From contig NC_014972.1 of NCBI RefSeq assembly GCF_000186885.1, forward strand, positions 1,590,001 through 1,622,000: a stretch of 32,000 nt of DNA. The letters are read 5' to 3'. Source of the DNA: Desulfobulbus propionicus DSM 2032. GTDB taxonomy: Bacteria > Desulfobacterota > Desulfobulbia > Desulfobulbales > Desulfobulbaceae. Below the pieces are notes generated by a model. The model ran no database searches and had not been told where the DNA came from. It was given only the letters and a program-made list of their open reading frames with translations. Positions 20,694-29,691 of the stretch are shown in pieces. A program made the translations under genes and the position numbers. Each line of letters begins with the position of its first letter. Position 1 is the stretch's first letter.

Positions 20694-23600
20694 ATGCGGC
20701 CTGAGCAAAAAAACGTCTCCCTGTGGGGCGTGGCCGCCATCGTCGCGCCGCTCGCGCTTCTGCTGGCCATCGGTCTCTGGGTGTACCGGACCGAAGCCGC
20801 CTCGGCCCGGGACAAGGCGGAACAGCAATTGGCCGCCATCGCCCACCTCAAAGTGGATCGATTGGTGGCCTGGCAGCGGGAGCGGCTGGACGATGCAGCC
20901 GCTCTTGGCGCCGACGCCCTGTGGCTTGGCCAGACGGCACGCTTCTTGGCCACGGCCGATGCACGGTTGGCAGGTCAACTGCGCAACCGTCTGCGCACCG
21001 TTGGCGCGCCTGGCCAGTACGTGGAGGTCCTGTTGGTCGATGCCGCGGGCCGCGTCCGCTTGAGCACAAACGGCGACTCCGAGCCGCCAGGGTACGCCGC
21101 CGCCCTGGCGCTGGCCCTGGGTCGCCGCCATCCTGTGTTCAGCGATCTGTTCGTGACGCCTCATTGCCGTTCACCCCGCGTTGCCCTGATCGCGCCGTTT
21201 TTTGTTCCCAATCAACGCACCGGACTGCCGCTGGGAGCGGTGGTGCTGATCAGCGATGCCGTGCAATGCTTTCAGTCATGGCTCCAGCCGTGGGGGCCAC
21301 CCGGCGCGACCGGCGAAATCCTGCTTATTCGGAGAGACGGCAGTCCGCTGCTGCTGGCGGAATCCTTGCCCAGGCTGTCGGTTCCGCTGCCGAGCCAGAT
21401 GTCTGGGCGCCACAGTGACTCGCTGGCCGCGGCGGCGATGCAGGGGCGGATCGGCGCGATCCGGGGCAGGGATCAACAGGGCGTTGATTCGCTGGCGGTG
21501 ATTGTCCCGGTGCCGGGAACCGAATGGAGAGTGATCGCCAAGGATGCGGCAGCACACGTTTTTGCCGCGTGGCGGTTTCGCGCCGCCCTGCTTTTGTTGG
21601 TCTTCGCGCTCCTCGCCGGTGGATTTGGCGGTCTGTGCCTGTTCATGCAACAGTACAACAAAAAAGTCCGATACATGGCTCTGTATGACGCCGAATCGCG
21701 TCTGCGGCACAGCATGGAGCGGCATCGCAGTACCGTGCAGGCCATTGATGACGGCATCATCGCCGCCGATGGCCAGGGGCGGATCGAACTGATCAATCCG
21801 GTGGCCGAGGCACTCACCGGTTGGCGCCAGGAGGAGGCGCTCGGCAGACCCTTGGAGGAGGTCTTCTGTCTGGTCGAGGAAACGACAGGGGAGCTGGTTC
21901 GCGGCTCCATTGCCCAGGTGCTGGGTTCAGGGACGGCGGGGGAGAGAAAGGGATATCATCTGCTTCGCGCCCGCGATGGCCGTGAACGTGCCGTCACCGG
22001 CTCGGTTGCTCCAATCCACGATGATCGGAACACACCGCTTGGGATCGTGCTGGCCTTCCGGGACCAGACCGAGGAACGGCAGGCTCAACGGCTGATGCAG
22101 GCACGGTTGTTCCTGCGCGAATACGCCTTTACCCATACATTAGAGGAGTTTTTCCTCAGGGCGCTGAAGGAAGTGGCCGCCCTGATGGAAAGTCCCCTGG
22201 TTTTTTGCCGTTGTCCGGAGCAAACCGTTTCCTCGGTAGTCATGCGCCGCCCGCCCTCGTCGAGAACCACCGCGTTCGCGCAGGCCGGGAATGGCTGGGT
22301 GACGGTCAGTGGCATTGACTGGATGGATGCCTGGTTCGATCGCCTCGGGACCGGGCAGCCGCCGGTGGTCGACGATCCTGGCGTATCGGCGGGGTCGGCG
22401 AGCGCTGTCGCTCCATGGTGGATCAAGGGGAAGGTGCTGGCGGTGCCGGTGCTGCGGGCGGGCAAGGTCCTCGCTCTCTTTGCTGTGGCTGAAAAATCGG
22501 GACACTACTCACCCCAGGAGCACGAAACACTGACGCGGATCGCCGAGTTCACCTGGCGGCTGGTTGAGCGGAAACAGGTGGAGGAGGAATTGCTGGCCAG
22601 TGAGCGGCAGTACCGGACCCTGTACCGGAGCATGATGGATGCCTTTGTGGTGACTGACATGCACGGTCATATCCGCCAATGCAACGATGCCTACTGCGCC
22701 ATGCTCGGTTATGACCGCGAGGAACTCAGACGCATGCGGGTCAGTGATGTCACCCCCGCGCAGTGGCTGGCCTACGAAGACGAACAGGTGAGAAACCAGC
22801 TGATGCACGGCGGATGCTCGGGGCTCTATGAAAAGGAATATCGGCGAAAGGATGGAACGCTCATTCCTGTGGAATTGCGTACTTTTCTCCTGATTGACAA
22901 CGATGGCCAGCCCGAGGGGATGTCGGCGGTTGTCCGGGACATTTCTGAACGCAAGCGTGCGGAACAGGAAGAGGCAAAACTGCTCGCCCGGTTAAGCCAG
23001 TCGCAGAAAATGGAGTCCGTGGGCCAATTGGCCGGCGGGGTGGCCCACGATTTCAACAACATGCTCAGCGTCATCCTCGGCTATGCGGAACTGGCCCTGC
23101 GCAAGATGGAGGTGCCCGAGCCCCTGCATGGCTATCTTGAGGAAATCGTCAAGGCTGGCAGGCGTTCCTCCGAAATCACCCGCCAACTGCTGGCCTTTGC
23201 CCGTCAGCAGACCATTGCCCCGAGGATCCTGGATCTGAACGAGACGGTGGAAGGCATGCTTAAAATGCTGCGCCGGCTGATCGGCGAGGATGTGGTGCTC
23301 AGATGGGTGCCAACCCCTGACCTGTGGCCGATCAGGATGGACCCAACCCAGGTGGACCAACTGCTGGCCAACCTGTGCGTCAATGCCCGTGACGCCATTG
23401 CCGGTGTGGGCAATATCACCATCGAAACGGGCAGAGCCACCTTTGATCAGGCCTATTGCGCCGGCCGGTCCGGAGTGATGCCCGGTGATTTTGTGCTCCT
23501 GGCGGTCAGCGATAACGGCAGCGGCATCGAACGTGATCTGCTCGACAAGATCTTTGAACCTTTTTTCACCACCAAGGATGTTGGCCGGGGAACCGGGCTG

Positions 23601-24131
23601 GGGCTGGCGACCGTGTACGGCATCGTCAAGCAGAACGAGGGCTTTATCAACGTGTACAGTGAGCCGGGCGTCGGCACCACCTTCCGCATTTATCTGCCGC
23701 GCCAAATCGGGACGGTCGAGGATAAACCGGAAATAGAGGCGATCACGGCCATGCCGACGGGCCAGGGGCAAACCGTCCTGGTGGTGGAAGATGAGGAGGC
23801 GATGCTCACCCTGAATCGTTCGATGCTTGAGTATCTGGGCTATACGGTCCTGACCGCCGGCACGCCTGGCGAGGCCCTGCGACTGGCCAAGGCGCATGGC
23901 GCGTCCATCGAGCTCTTGGTCGTCGATGTAATCATGCCGGAAATGAACGGCCGTGAGCTTTCCAAGGAGATCGAAACCCTGTGCCCGCGGGTCAAAACCT
24001 TGTTCACGTCGGGCTATACCGCCAATGTCATTGCCCATCGGGCGGTTCTGGACAAGGGCGTGCGGTTCATGACGAAGCCGTTTTCCACCGGGGAGTTGGC
24101 GCGCAAGGTCTGGGAAACCTTGCACGGTTAG
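20694..24131 (+). CDS. Hybrid sensor histidine kinase (periplasmic sensor, PAS, GAF-like, PAS, HisKA, HATPase, receiver)
   Basis: TM segments; PAS segments; LAGGVAHDFNNMLSVILGYAEL H-box; DNGSGI and GRGTGLGLATVYGIVKQ; C-terminal TVLVVEDEEAML...ELLVVDVIMPEMNG. Start placed at the ATG preceded by GGGGGGAG. Confidence 0.93.
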   Translation: MRPEQKNVSLWGVAAIVAPLALLLAIGLWVYRTEAASARDKAEQQLAAIAHLKVDRLVAWQRERLDDAAALGADALWLGQTARFLATADARLAGQLRNRLRTVGAPGQYVEVLLVDAAGRVRLSTNGDSEPPGYAAALALALGRRHPVFSDLFVTPHCRSPRVALIAPFFVPNQRTGLPLGAVVLISDAVQCFQSWLQPWGPPGATGEILLIRRDGSPLLLAESLPRLSVPLPSQMSGRHSDSLAAAAMQGRIGAIRGRDQQGVDSLAVIVPVPGTEWRVIAKDAAAHVFAAWRFRAALLLLVFALLAGGFGGLCLFMQQYNKKVRYMALYDAESRLRHSMERHRSTVQAIDDGIIAADGQGRIELINPVAEALTGWRQEEALGRPLEEVFCLVEETTGELVRGSIAQVLGSGTAGERKGYHLLRARDGRERAVTGSVAPIHDDRNTPLGIVLAFRDQTEERQAQRLMQARLFLREYAFTHTLEEFFLRALKEVAALMESPLVFCRCPEQTVSSVVMRRPPSSRTTAFAQAGNGWVTVSGIDWMDAWFDRLGTGQPPVVDDPGVSAGSASAVAPWWIKGKVLAVPVLRAGKVLALFAVAEKSGHYSPQEHETLTRIAEFTWRLVERKQVEEELLASERQYRTLYRSMMDAFVVTDMHGHIRQCNDAYCAMLGYDREELRRMRVSDVTPAQWLAYEDEQVRNQLMHGGCSGLYEKEYRRKDGTLIPVELRTFLLIDNDGQPEGMSAVVRDISERKRAEQEEAKLLARLSQSQKMESVGQLAGGVAHDFNNMLSVILGYAELALRKMEVPEPLHGYLEEIVKAGRRSSEITRQLLAFARQQTIAPRILDLNETVEGMLKMLRRLIGEDVVLRWVPTPDLWPIRMDPTQVDQLLANLCVNARDAIAGVGNITIETGRATFDQAYCAGRSGVMPGDFVLLAVSDNGSGIERDLLDKIFEPFFTTKDVGRGTGLGLATVYGIVKQNEGFINVYSEPGVGTTFRIYLPRQIGTVEDKPEIEAITAMPTGQGQTVLVVEDEEAMLTLNRSMLEYLGYTVLTAGTPGEALRLAKAHGASIELLVVDVIMPEMNGRELSKEIETLCPRVKTLFTSGYTANVIAHRAVLDKGVRFMTKPFSTGELARKVWETLHG

Positions 24132-24165
24132 CCTGGAGGGCAAGCGCGGCCAGGACCAGCCCGGT

Positions 24166-25548
24166 TCAGTTCCTTTTCGCCTGCATTTCCCTGTACATGA
24201 ACCGGACCATCAGGGCCAGGGCCATCACCCCCGCCACCAGTACCAGCCATAACAAAAGGGTTTTCCACGAAGTGGCCGCCAGGCGCGGCGTGAGCGCCTG
24301 CTCACCGGCCAAAACCTGGATTGGACCAGGTTCGATCGGCTTGAGCCGCGATTCGGCTCCGGTTTCCCGCAGGACGGCGAGGATCAGCTGACCCTCGGCG
24401 GGCCGCTGTCCCCCTGCCTTGACACTGCCGAAGGCCACTGTGTAGAGACCGCTGCCTCGGGCGAGGAAGACCAGCTGCAGCGGCCGCCATCCCAATTCAA
24501 GCCTGGGCGCCGGCCCGCCGTTGCCCAGGCCTGCGCCGTCGGACAGCACCCGGATCCGCCATTGGCCATCGCTGGTGGGAGGGCAGTAGATCAAGGGGTT
24601 GGTCAATGTCTTGCCCTCCTGTTCGATCCGGTAGAAATCGGCCTGGACTGCGGGTCGCCAGGGGACATCGGCGGCGGAGCGCGATTCGATTGCCGCCCGC
24701 AGCAGTGAATTGGCCGAGGGGAAACGGAGACGCAGGGCCGTCACCCTGATGTTGGCCTCGAGCCGGTATTCGAGGAGCGTCTGACTGTTTTCCTCCCGGC
24801 GGTGCACCGGATCGAGCGGCAGCCAGCGCCACTGGTCGTCGTCGGCCGCGGCACCCGAGAGGGCAGACGCCTCCCGCAGTCGCAGCGGGGTCCGGCAGTC
24901 GCGGCAATCGAGTCTGAGGTAGGGGGATGCGGTCAACGGCAAGACAATGCGGCGGGCTGTGACCTGGCCGCCGTTGTAACGGAGATCAGCCAACACCGCC
25001 TTGGTGACCAGGGGAGACCAGTGGACCAAATCAGCGCTGTGCGCAAGGCTGACGGTACACAGGCCGACTGGGCCAGCCTCGTCCCAACGCAGCTCCAATG
25101 CCGTCGGCGCGGTGGCAATCGTGCTGAGATCAAGGAGATAGGAGGACGGTGGCGCTTGCTGTCCGGCTTGATTGTCCGCATCGACGGTGACCGCCGCGCC
25201 CAGGGCATTGCGGCTGACCCGTAGGGAAAGATCGCCGCTCACCCCTTGACGGCCCTCGGGTAAGGGAAAGAAGGGCACTGCCTGCCTGCGTTCGACCGGC
25301 GGCGGGTCGAGACTGCGCAGGGCATGGGGCACGGCCTCGCCAGCGGCGTTGAACACCATGAGATCCCCCATATCCTGTCGGGTCACCGCGGCATGGACCT
25401 CCAGCGGCAGGATAAGACCGTGGACGGCATCCGGATCGGTGACCGGCACCGGGCAGCCGTAGGCAAAGTCAGTCGGGGTCAGCCGGGCGGCCCTGGCCGG
25501 CAGGACCATCGTCAGGGTCAGCAGGCCGATAAGCAGCGTAACATTCAT
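24166..25548 (-). CDS. DUF3999-like membrane-anchored exported protein
   Basis: Signal peptide MNVTLLIGLLTLTMVLPARAA, beta-rich body, single C-terminal TM (TLLLWLVLVAGVMALALMVRFMYREMQAKR). Pairs with a DUF2339-type gene by a 4-bp overlap. Confidence 0.75.
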   Translation of the reverse strand: MNVTLLIGLLTLTMVLPARAARLTPTDFAYGCPVPVTDPDAVHGLILPLEVHAAVTRQDMGDLMVFNAAGEAVPHALRSLDPPPVERRQAVPFFPLPEGRQGVSGDLSLRVSRNALGAAVTVDADNQAGQQAPPSSYLLDLSTIATAPTALELRWDEAGPVGLCTVSLAHSADLVHWSPLVTKAVLADLRYNGGQVTARRIVLPLTASPYLRLDCRDCRTPLRLREASALSGAAADDDQWRWLPLDPVHRREENSQTLLEYRLEANIRVTALRLRFPSANSLLRAAIESRSAADVPWRPAVQADFYRIEQEGKTLTNPLIYCPPTSDGQWRIRVLSDGAGLGNGGPAPRLELGWRPLQLVFLARGSGLYTVAFGSVKAGGQRPAEGQLILAVLRETGAESRLKPIEPGPIQVLAGEQALTPRLAATSWKTLLLWLVLVAGVMALALMVRFMYREMQAKRN

Positions 25549-28214
25549 CGGGGCAGCTCCTCGGGCTTGGGAGGGAGGGGGGCGAAAAAGCCGATGATCA
25601 GCATCAGCAGGCCAACCACCAGAAAGGACACGATGCGGCCGATGGTTCCGGTGCCGGAAAGATCGATCACAAACAGCTTGATCACCGTCAGGCACAGCAG
25701 CCCGGCACCGGTGAGCCAGACCCTGCGGTATGCCTTGCGGGCCCCCAGGATGGTCAGGGTCAGGGCCAGGACGGACCAGAGGGCCGCCACGGCGGCCTGC
25801 AGAATTGGGGAGGAGAAAAGGGCGTCGAACCGGTAGGGAACATGGGCATACCAATGGACGCAGCGACCAACCGCCACATTGAGCCAGATAAACAACAAGG
25901 CCGCGGTCGCGATCAACCCTCTCTCTCCAAACAGGCTGGATGTGGTTGGGCGCAGGGTGCGGAGGAGTGCCAGCAGGAGAATGGCCAGCTCGACCAGCTC
26001 CAGGGGATTGAGCAGCGGCAGGAAGGGCAGGGGATCGGGGTCGCCGCTGGCGGTGAAGGAGGCCAAGGTCCACAGCAGCAGGGCCAGCAAGGGGACATCG
26101 GTGGCGATACCGTGGTAGGTCGCGGCACAACGGGCCACAGGCCAGGTCAGCCGATCGCCGTGGAATTCGAGGGCAAAGAGCACGACCATGGGCACGCCGC
26201 CCCAGCAGGCCAGGGACCAGACTTCGGCGATTCCCGCCATCCGATCCACCCGCCAGGCAAGCTCGATGGCGAGCACTGCCATCAGCAACCACAGACCAAG
26301 GCTGTGCCCCCAAGGCAGTGAGCGGGGCGGTAACTGCTCCTCGAAGCGGGCCAGCAGCCCATACAGCACCGTAAAGGCCAGGGGCCAGGCCAGCCAGCCA
26401 CAGCCGGCCAACAGCGATCCAGCGTTCCAACCCATGACCTGGGCGATCAGGGTGAACAGCATGATCGGCAGCAGGACCAGCAGGCCGGTGACCATCCGCT
26501 GCCAACTGAAACGGTGCGCCAGGCCCCCCAGACAGAGGGTGGTCAGGCCGGCGTAAAGAAGAAAGGCAGGCGGCAGCGTTTGGCCCTCCAGGTGATGGTC
26601 CAGATCCCGGTAACCTCCGCCGTACCACCAGCTCAACCCCCAAGCGAGCAGTAATGGCGGTAAGGGGAGCTCCCAAGGGGATGCCTGGTCGCGATACCGA
26701 TCAAGCCAGAAGCTGGAGAACAGGGCGGCGCTGGCCAGCAGAGCACTGCCGAGAAAGGCCCAGTTGACCAACAGCCCGCTGTCGGCGGGCAAGACCAGGC
26801 CGTCCACGAAACTCACAGCGGCACCGATCTGGAGTAGCAGACCGAACAGCCGGGCCAGCGGCCGGTCCTGCCGCGACCCGATCCAGACCATGGCCGCGCC
26901 TTCCAAAGCCCAGGCAGCGGCGGTCCAGTTCGGGCCGAGTCCCAGGGGAATGGCCAAGCTGGCGAAGACCACGCCCAGGGCAAGAAAGGCCTCGGTCAGC
27001 AGCCGCATCCCCTCAGCCAGCTGTCTCCACAGCAGCCAGGACAACCCGACATACCAGCCGCCCAGCATCAGGGCACTCAGCGCCATGCCGTAACGGAAAT
27101 CGTGCACCAGATAGGCTTGGAGGCCGCTGGCGACAATCGGCAGGCCAAACACCAACGGGCCGTCGATGAAGCCGCGCAGTCGCAGGGGCTGACGATGGGC
27201 GAACAGGACCGCGATCAGGCAGTACATCAGGAAAAAGAGGATCAAAAAGGGTTCGGTGGTGGCAAAATGGTCCGGGGTATAGGCCGAGGCTCCCCAAAGG
27301 GTGGCGATGGCAAAGGTGAAGGTAAAACCGATCAGATTGAGTTCCCGCCAAGCCTTGAACCAGGCAATGCCGAGAATGCTGCTGTTGAGCAGGGCGTAGT
27401 AGGAGAAGAGGAGTACATGGCTGCCGCTGTCGGTGGACATCAGCACCGGAGCGAGAAAACCGCCGATGGAACCGGACACCGCCAACCCCCGGGCCTCCTG
27501 CAACACCGCCAGGGCACAGGACAGCCCCACTAGGCTGATCATCACCGTTAGGGCCAGGGGCAGGGGCAGGAGATGGTAGAGCTTGGCTGCGGCAAAGACC
27601 ACCAGGTACAGGACGCCGATGCCACCGCCTTCCAGACCCAGGCCATAGTTCCTGCGGCTGTGGCGCAGTCGCCAACCGGCGGCCAGCAGGATCAGACCGC
27701 CCAGGGCCACCCCGGCCAGGCGCAGTTCGATGGGGATCAGGGTGCGCTGGGCCGCATACTTGAGCAGGAAAGCCACCCCAAAGAACAGGACCACCAGGCC
27801 GATTTTGAGCACCGGATTGCCGCTGGTGAAAAAGGTGACTACCGGCGCAGTCAAACCGGCCAAGAGGCCGCGAACCGGTACCTGGTCAGGGGATGGTGGC
27901 GGAGGTTTCCCCTCCGGAGCCGCTCGTGGGTGTTCCTCGGCGGCCGCCGCTTGTCTTGAAAACGATTTGTCCGCCGTGGGCTCACCCGGATCACGGACAA
28001 GGGGCGTCCCGTGTGTTGCTTCCGGATGGTCGTCTCGGGCGATGGCGGTCGTGGTCCGTTCCAGTCTCTCTATCCGGCGGCGGAGGGCAACCACTTCGAT
28101 CGCCAGGTAAATCACCGCACCGGCGAGGAGAGCGTTGAGCAGGCTATGGGGATAGACCCGCATGCCGACACCGACGGCCAAAAGTACCGCCAGGAGGGAA
28201 AGAGCTGTTCGCAT
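25545..28214 (-). CDS. DUF2339-like polytopic membrane protein
   Basis: Very hydrophobic, many predicted TMs; GNPVLKIGLVVLFFGVAFLLKYAAQRTLIPIELRL and GGFLAPVLMSTDSGSHVLLFSYYALLN are typical of DUF2339 proteins. Start placed at MRTALSLL (cat 28212-28214). Confidence 0.82.
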   Translation of the reverse strand: MRTALSLLAVLLAVGVGMRVYPHSLLNALLAGAVIYLAIEVVALRRRIERLERTTTAIARDDHPEATHGTPLVRDPGEPTADKSFSRQAAAAEEHPRAAPEGKPPPPSPDQVPVRGLLAGLTAPVVTFFTSGNPVLKIGLVVLFFGVAFLLKYAAQRTLIPIELRLAGVALGGLILLAAGWRLRHSRRNYGLGLEGGGIGVLYLVVFAAAKLYHLLPLPLALTVMISLVGLSCALAVLQEARGLAVSGSIGGFLAPVLMSTDSGSHVLLFSYYALLNSSILGIAWFKAWRELNLIGFTFTFAIATLWGASAYTPDHFATTEPFLILFFLMYCLIAVLFAHRQPLRLRGFIDGPLVFGLPIVASGLQAYLVHDFRYGMALSALMLGGWYVGLSWLLWRQLAEGMRLLTEAFLALGVVFASLAIPLGLGPNWTAAAWALEGAAMVWIGSRQDRPLARLFGLLLQIGAAVSFVDGLVLPADSGLLVNWAFLGSALLASAALFSSFWLDRYRDQASPWELPLPPLLLAWGLSWWYGGGYRDLDHHLEGQTLPPAFLLYAGLTTLCLGGLAHRFSWQRMVTGLLVLLPIMLFTLIAQVMGWNAGSLLAGCGWLAWPLAFTVLYGLLARFEEQLPPRSLPWGHSLGLWLLMAVLAIELAWRVDRMAGIAEVWSLACWGGVPMVVLFALEFHGDRLTWPVARCAATYHGIATDVPLLALLLWTLASFTASGDPDPLPFLPLLNPLELVELAILLLALLRTLRPTTSSLFGERGLIATAALLFIWLNVAVGRCVHWYAHVPYRFDALFSSPILQAAVAALWSVLALTLTILGARKAYRRVWLTGAGLLCLTVIKLFVIDLSGTGTIGRIVSFLVVGLLMLIIGFFAPLPPKPEELPR

Positions 28215-28469
28215 GTCCGTGCCTCGTTTCAGGTCTTGTTCAGAACCAATCCCCAGGGGGCAATCCGTGCCGCTACGGCCCGGTTGGAAAGGTCTGTCCG
28301 ATTCCCGTGAGCAAAAAGCCGGACAGAAAACAGGGACGGATGATTTGATTGAAGAAATGCGCAATTGAAAACGGTGGGGAAGCCGTTTTCAGCTTTCCCA
28401 CCGCTTTGAAGACGGAACTCCGCGAGATCGTGGACAAGAGACTGGGCTCCGTGTCCTTACGTTGCGGCG

Positions 28470-29525
28470 TTATTCCAGCGACGGCTTGGGCGTTGCCTGG
28501 GTGGGTGCCGGCAGGATGGGATGCAGCACCTGGGGCTGTTTGCCGGTGGTTGTCTTGAGAAAGGCGACAATCTTGCCGATATCCCCCTCTTTGAGGTCGG
28601 CGCCGATCTGCGAATCGTTCATCACCTGCACCGCTTCTGCCAATTCCCAAACCACGCCTGAATGGAAGTAGGGCGGTGTCAGCTCGATATTGCGCAACGA
28701 GGGTGATTTAAACGAGAATTCGTCGTCCTTGGCCTGGGTAATGGCAAACCGACCCTTGTCGCCGGCGATGATTTTTTCACTTGGTTTGTTGACCACCCCC
28801 AAGGGGTAGTACTGATCACCGCCCATATTGACCCCGCCATGGCATTCGACACAGCCATGGACCATGAACAGCTTCAAGCCTTCCTGTTCATTTTGGGCCA
28901 GCGCCTTGGCATCGCCCTTGAGAAAGAGATCGAATTTCGAGTCAGGGGTGATGAGGGTGGCTTCAAAGGCTTCGATGGCCTTGGCCATGTTGTCGAAAGT
29001 CACCGGATCGCTCTCGCCGGGGAACGATCGTTTAAACAGGGCCACGTATTCGGGCATGCTGTTGAGGGTTTTGACCACGTTTTCCGGGGTGTTGTTCATC
29101 TCCACCCCAGCCTGAATCGGCCCTTTGGCCTGCTCCGCCAGATCCTTGGCTCGGCCGTCCCAGAACTGGGCCACGTTGAAGACCGAATTGAGCACGGTCG
29201 GGGCATTGCGCGGCCCCTGTTTCCAGCCGTGACCAGTGGATGTCTGTTGGAAGTCGGCGCCAGCCATGCCGACGTTGTGACAGGTGTTGCAGCTGATTAG
29301 GCCGCTTTTCGACAGCCTGGGGTCAAAATACAGCATCTTGCCCAGTTCGATCTTGTCCGGCGTCGCCTCGTTCCCCTTGATGGCCGGCGCCTTGTCCGGG
29401 ACGGGCTGGAACTGGGCCTGGGCATCCTTCATCACGGTGTCTTCGGCGTTGGCGGAAAAACCAACCGCGGAAAGAGAGAGCGTCAAGCTCAGGGCTGCGA
29501 ACAGATAGGTCTTTTTCATGGTCAT
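28470..29525 (-). CDS. Periplasmic di-heme cytochrome c peroxidase (MauG/CcpA family)
   Basis: Signal peptide; CNTCH and CVECH heme motifs; GKMLYFDPRLSKSGLISCNTCHN; GPRNAPTVLNSVFN; QFWDGRAKDLAEQAKGPI; KSPSLRNIELTPPYFHSG. Confidence 0.93.
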   Translation of the reverse strand: MTMKKTYLFAALSLTLSLSAVGFSANAEDTVMKDAQAQFQPVPDKAPAIKGNEATPDKIELGKMLYFDPRLSKSGLISCNTCHNVGMAGADFQQTSTGHGWKQGPRNAPTVLNSVFNVAQFWDGRAKDLAEQAKGPIQAGVEMNNTPENVVKTLNSMPEYVALFKRSFPGESDPVTFDNMAKAIEAFEATLITPDSKFDLFLKGDAKALAQNEQEGLKLFMVHGCVECHGGVNMGGDQYYPLGVVNKPSEKIIAGDKGRFAITQAKDDEFSFKSPSLRNIELTPPYFHSGVVWELAEAVQVMNDSQIGADLKEGDIGKIVAFLKTTTGKQPQVLHPILPAPTQATPKPSLE

Positions 29526-29691
29526 CCTCCATCTGGTAAAGGGTATGTTTTCCGATTCCCGGTTCCCAATGTACTACAGATGTCCGCGTTGGCAAGCATA
29601 CATGCTGTAACCCGGTGCCGGCGAGGGGCCTTGTCCCTTGACAAGGCGAAAAAAAAGGGAAAACGATGCAGGATCGCTTCCGCGGCCGAGT

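Noticed and set aside
25549-26676. N-terminal extension of the 836-aa minus-strand ORF upstream of the DUF3999 start
   Set aside because: It overlaps the DUF2339 gene in another frame. The real protein begins at the signal peptide MNVTLLIGLL at 25548.
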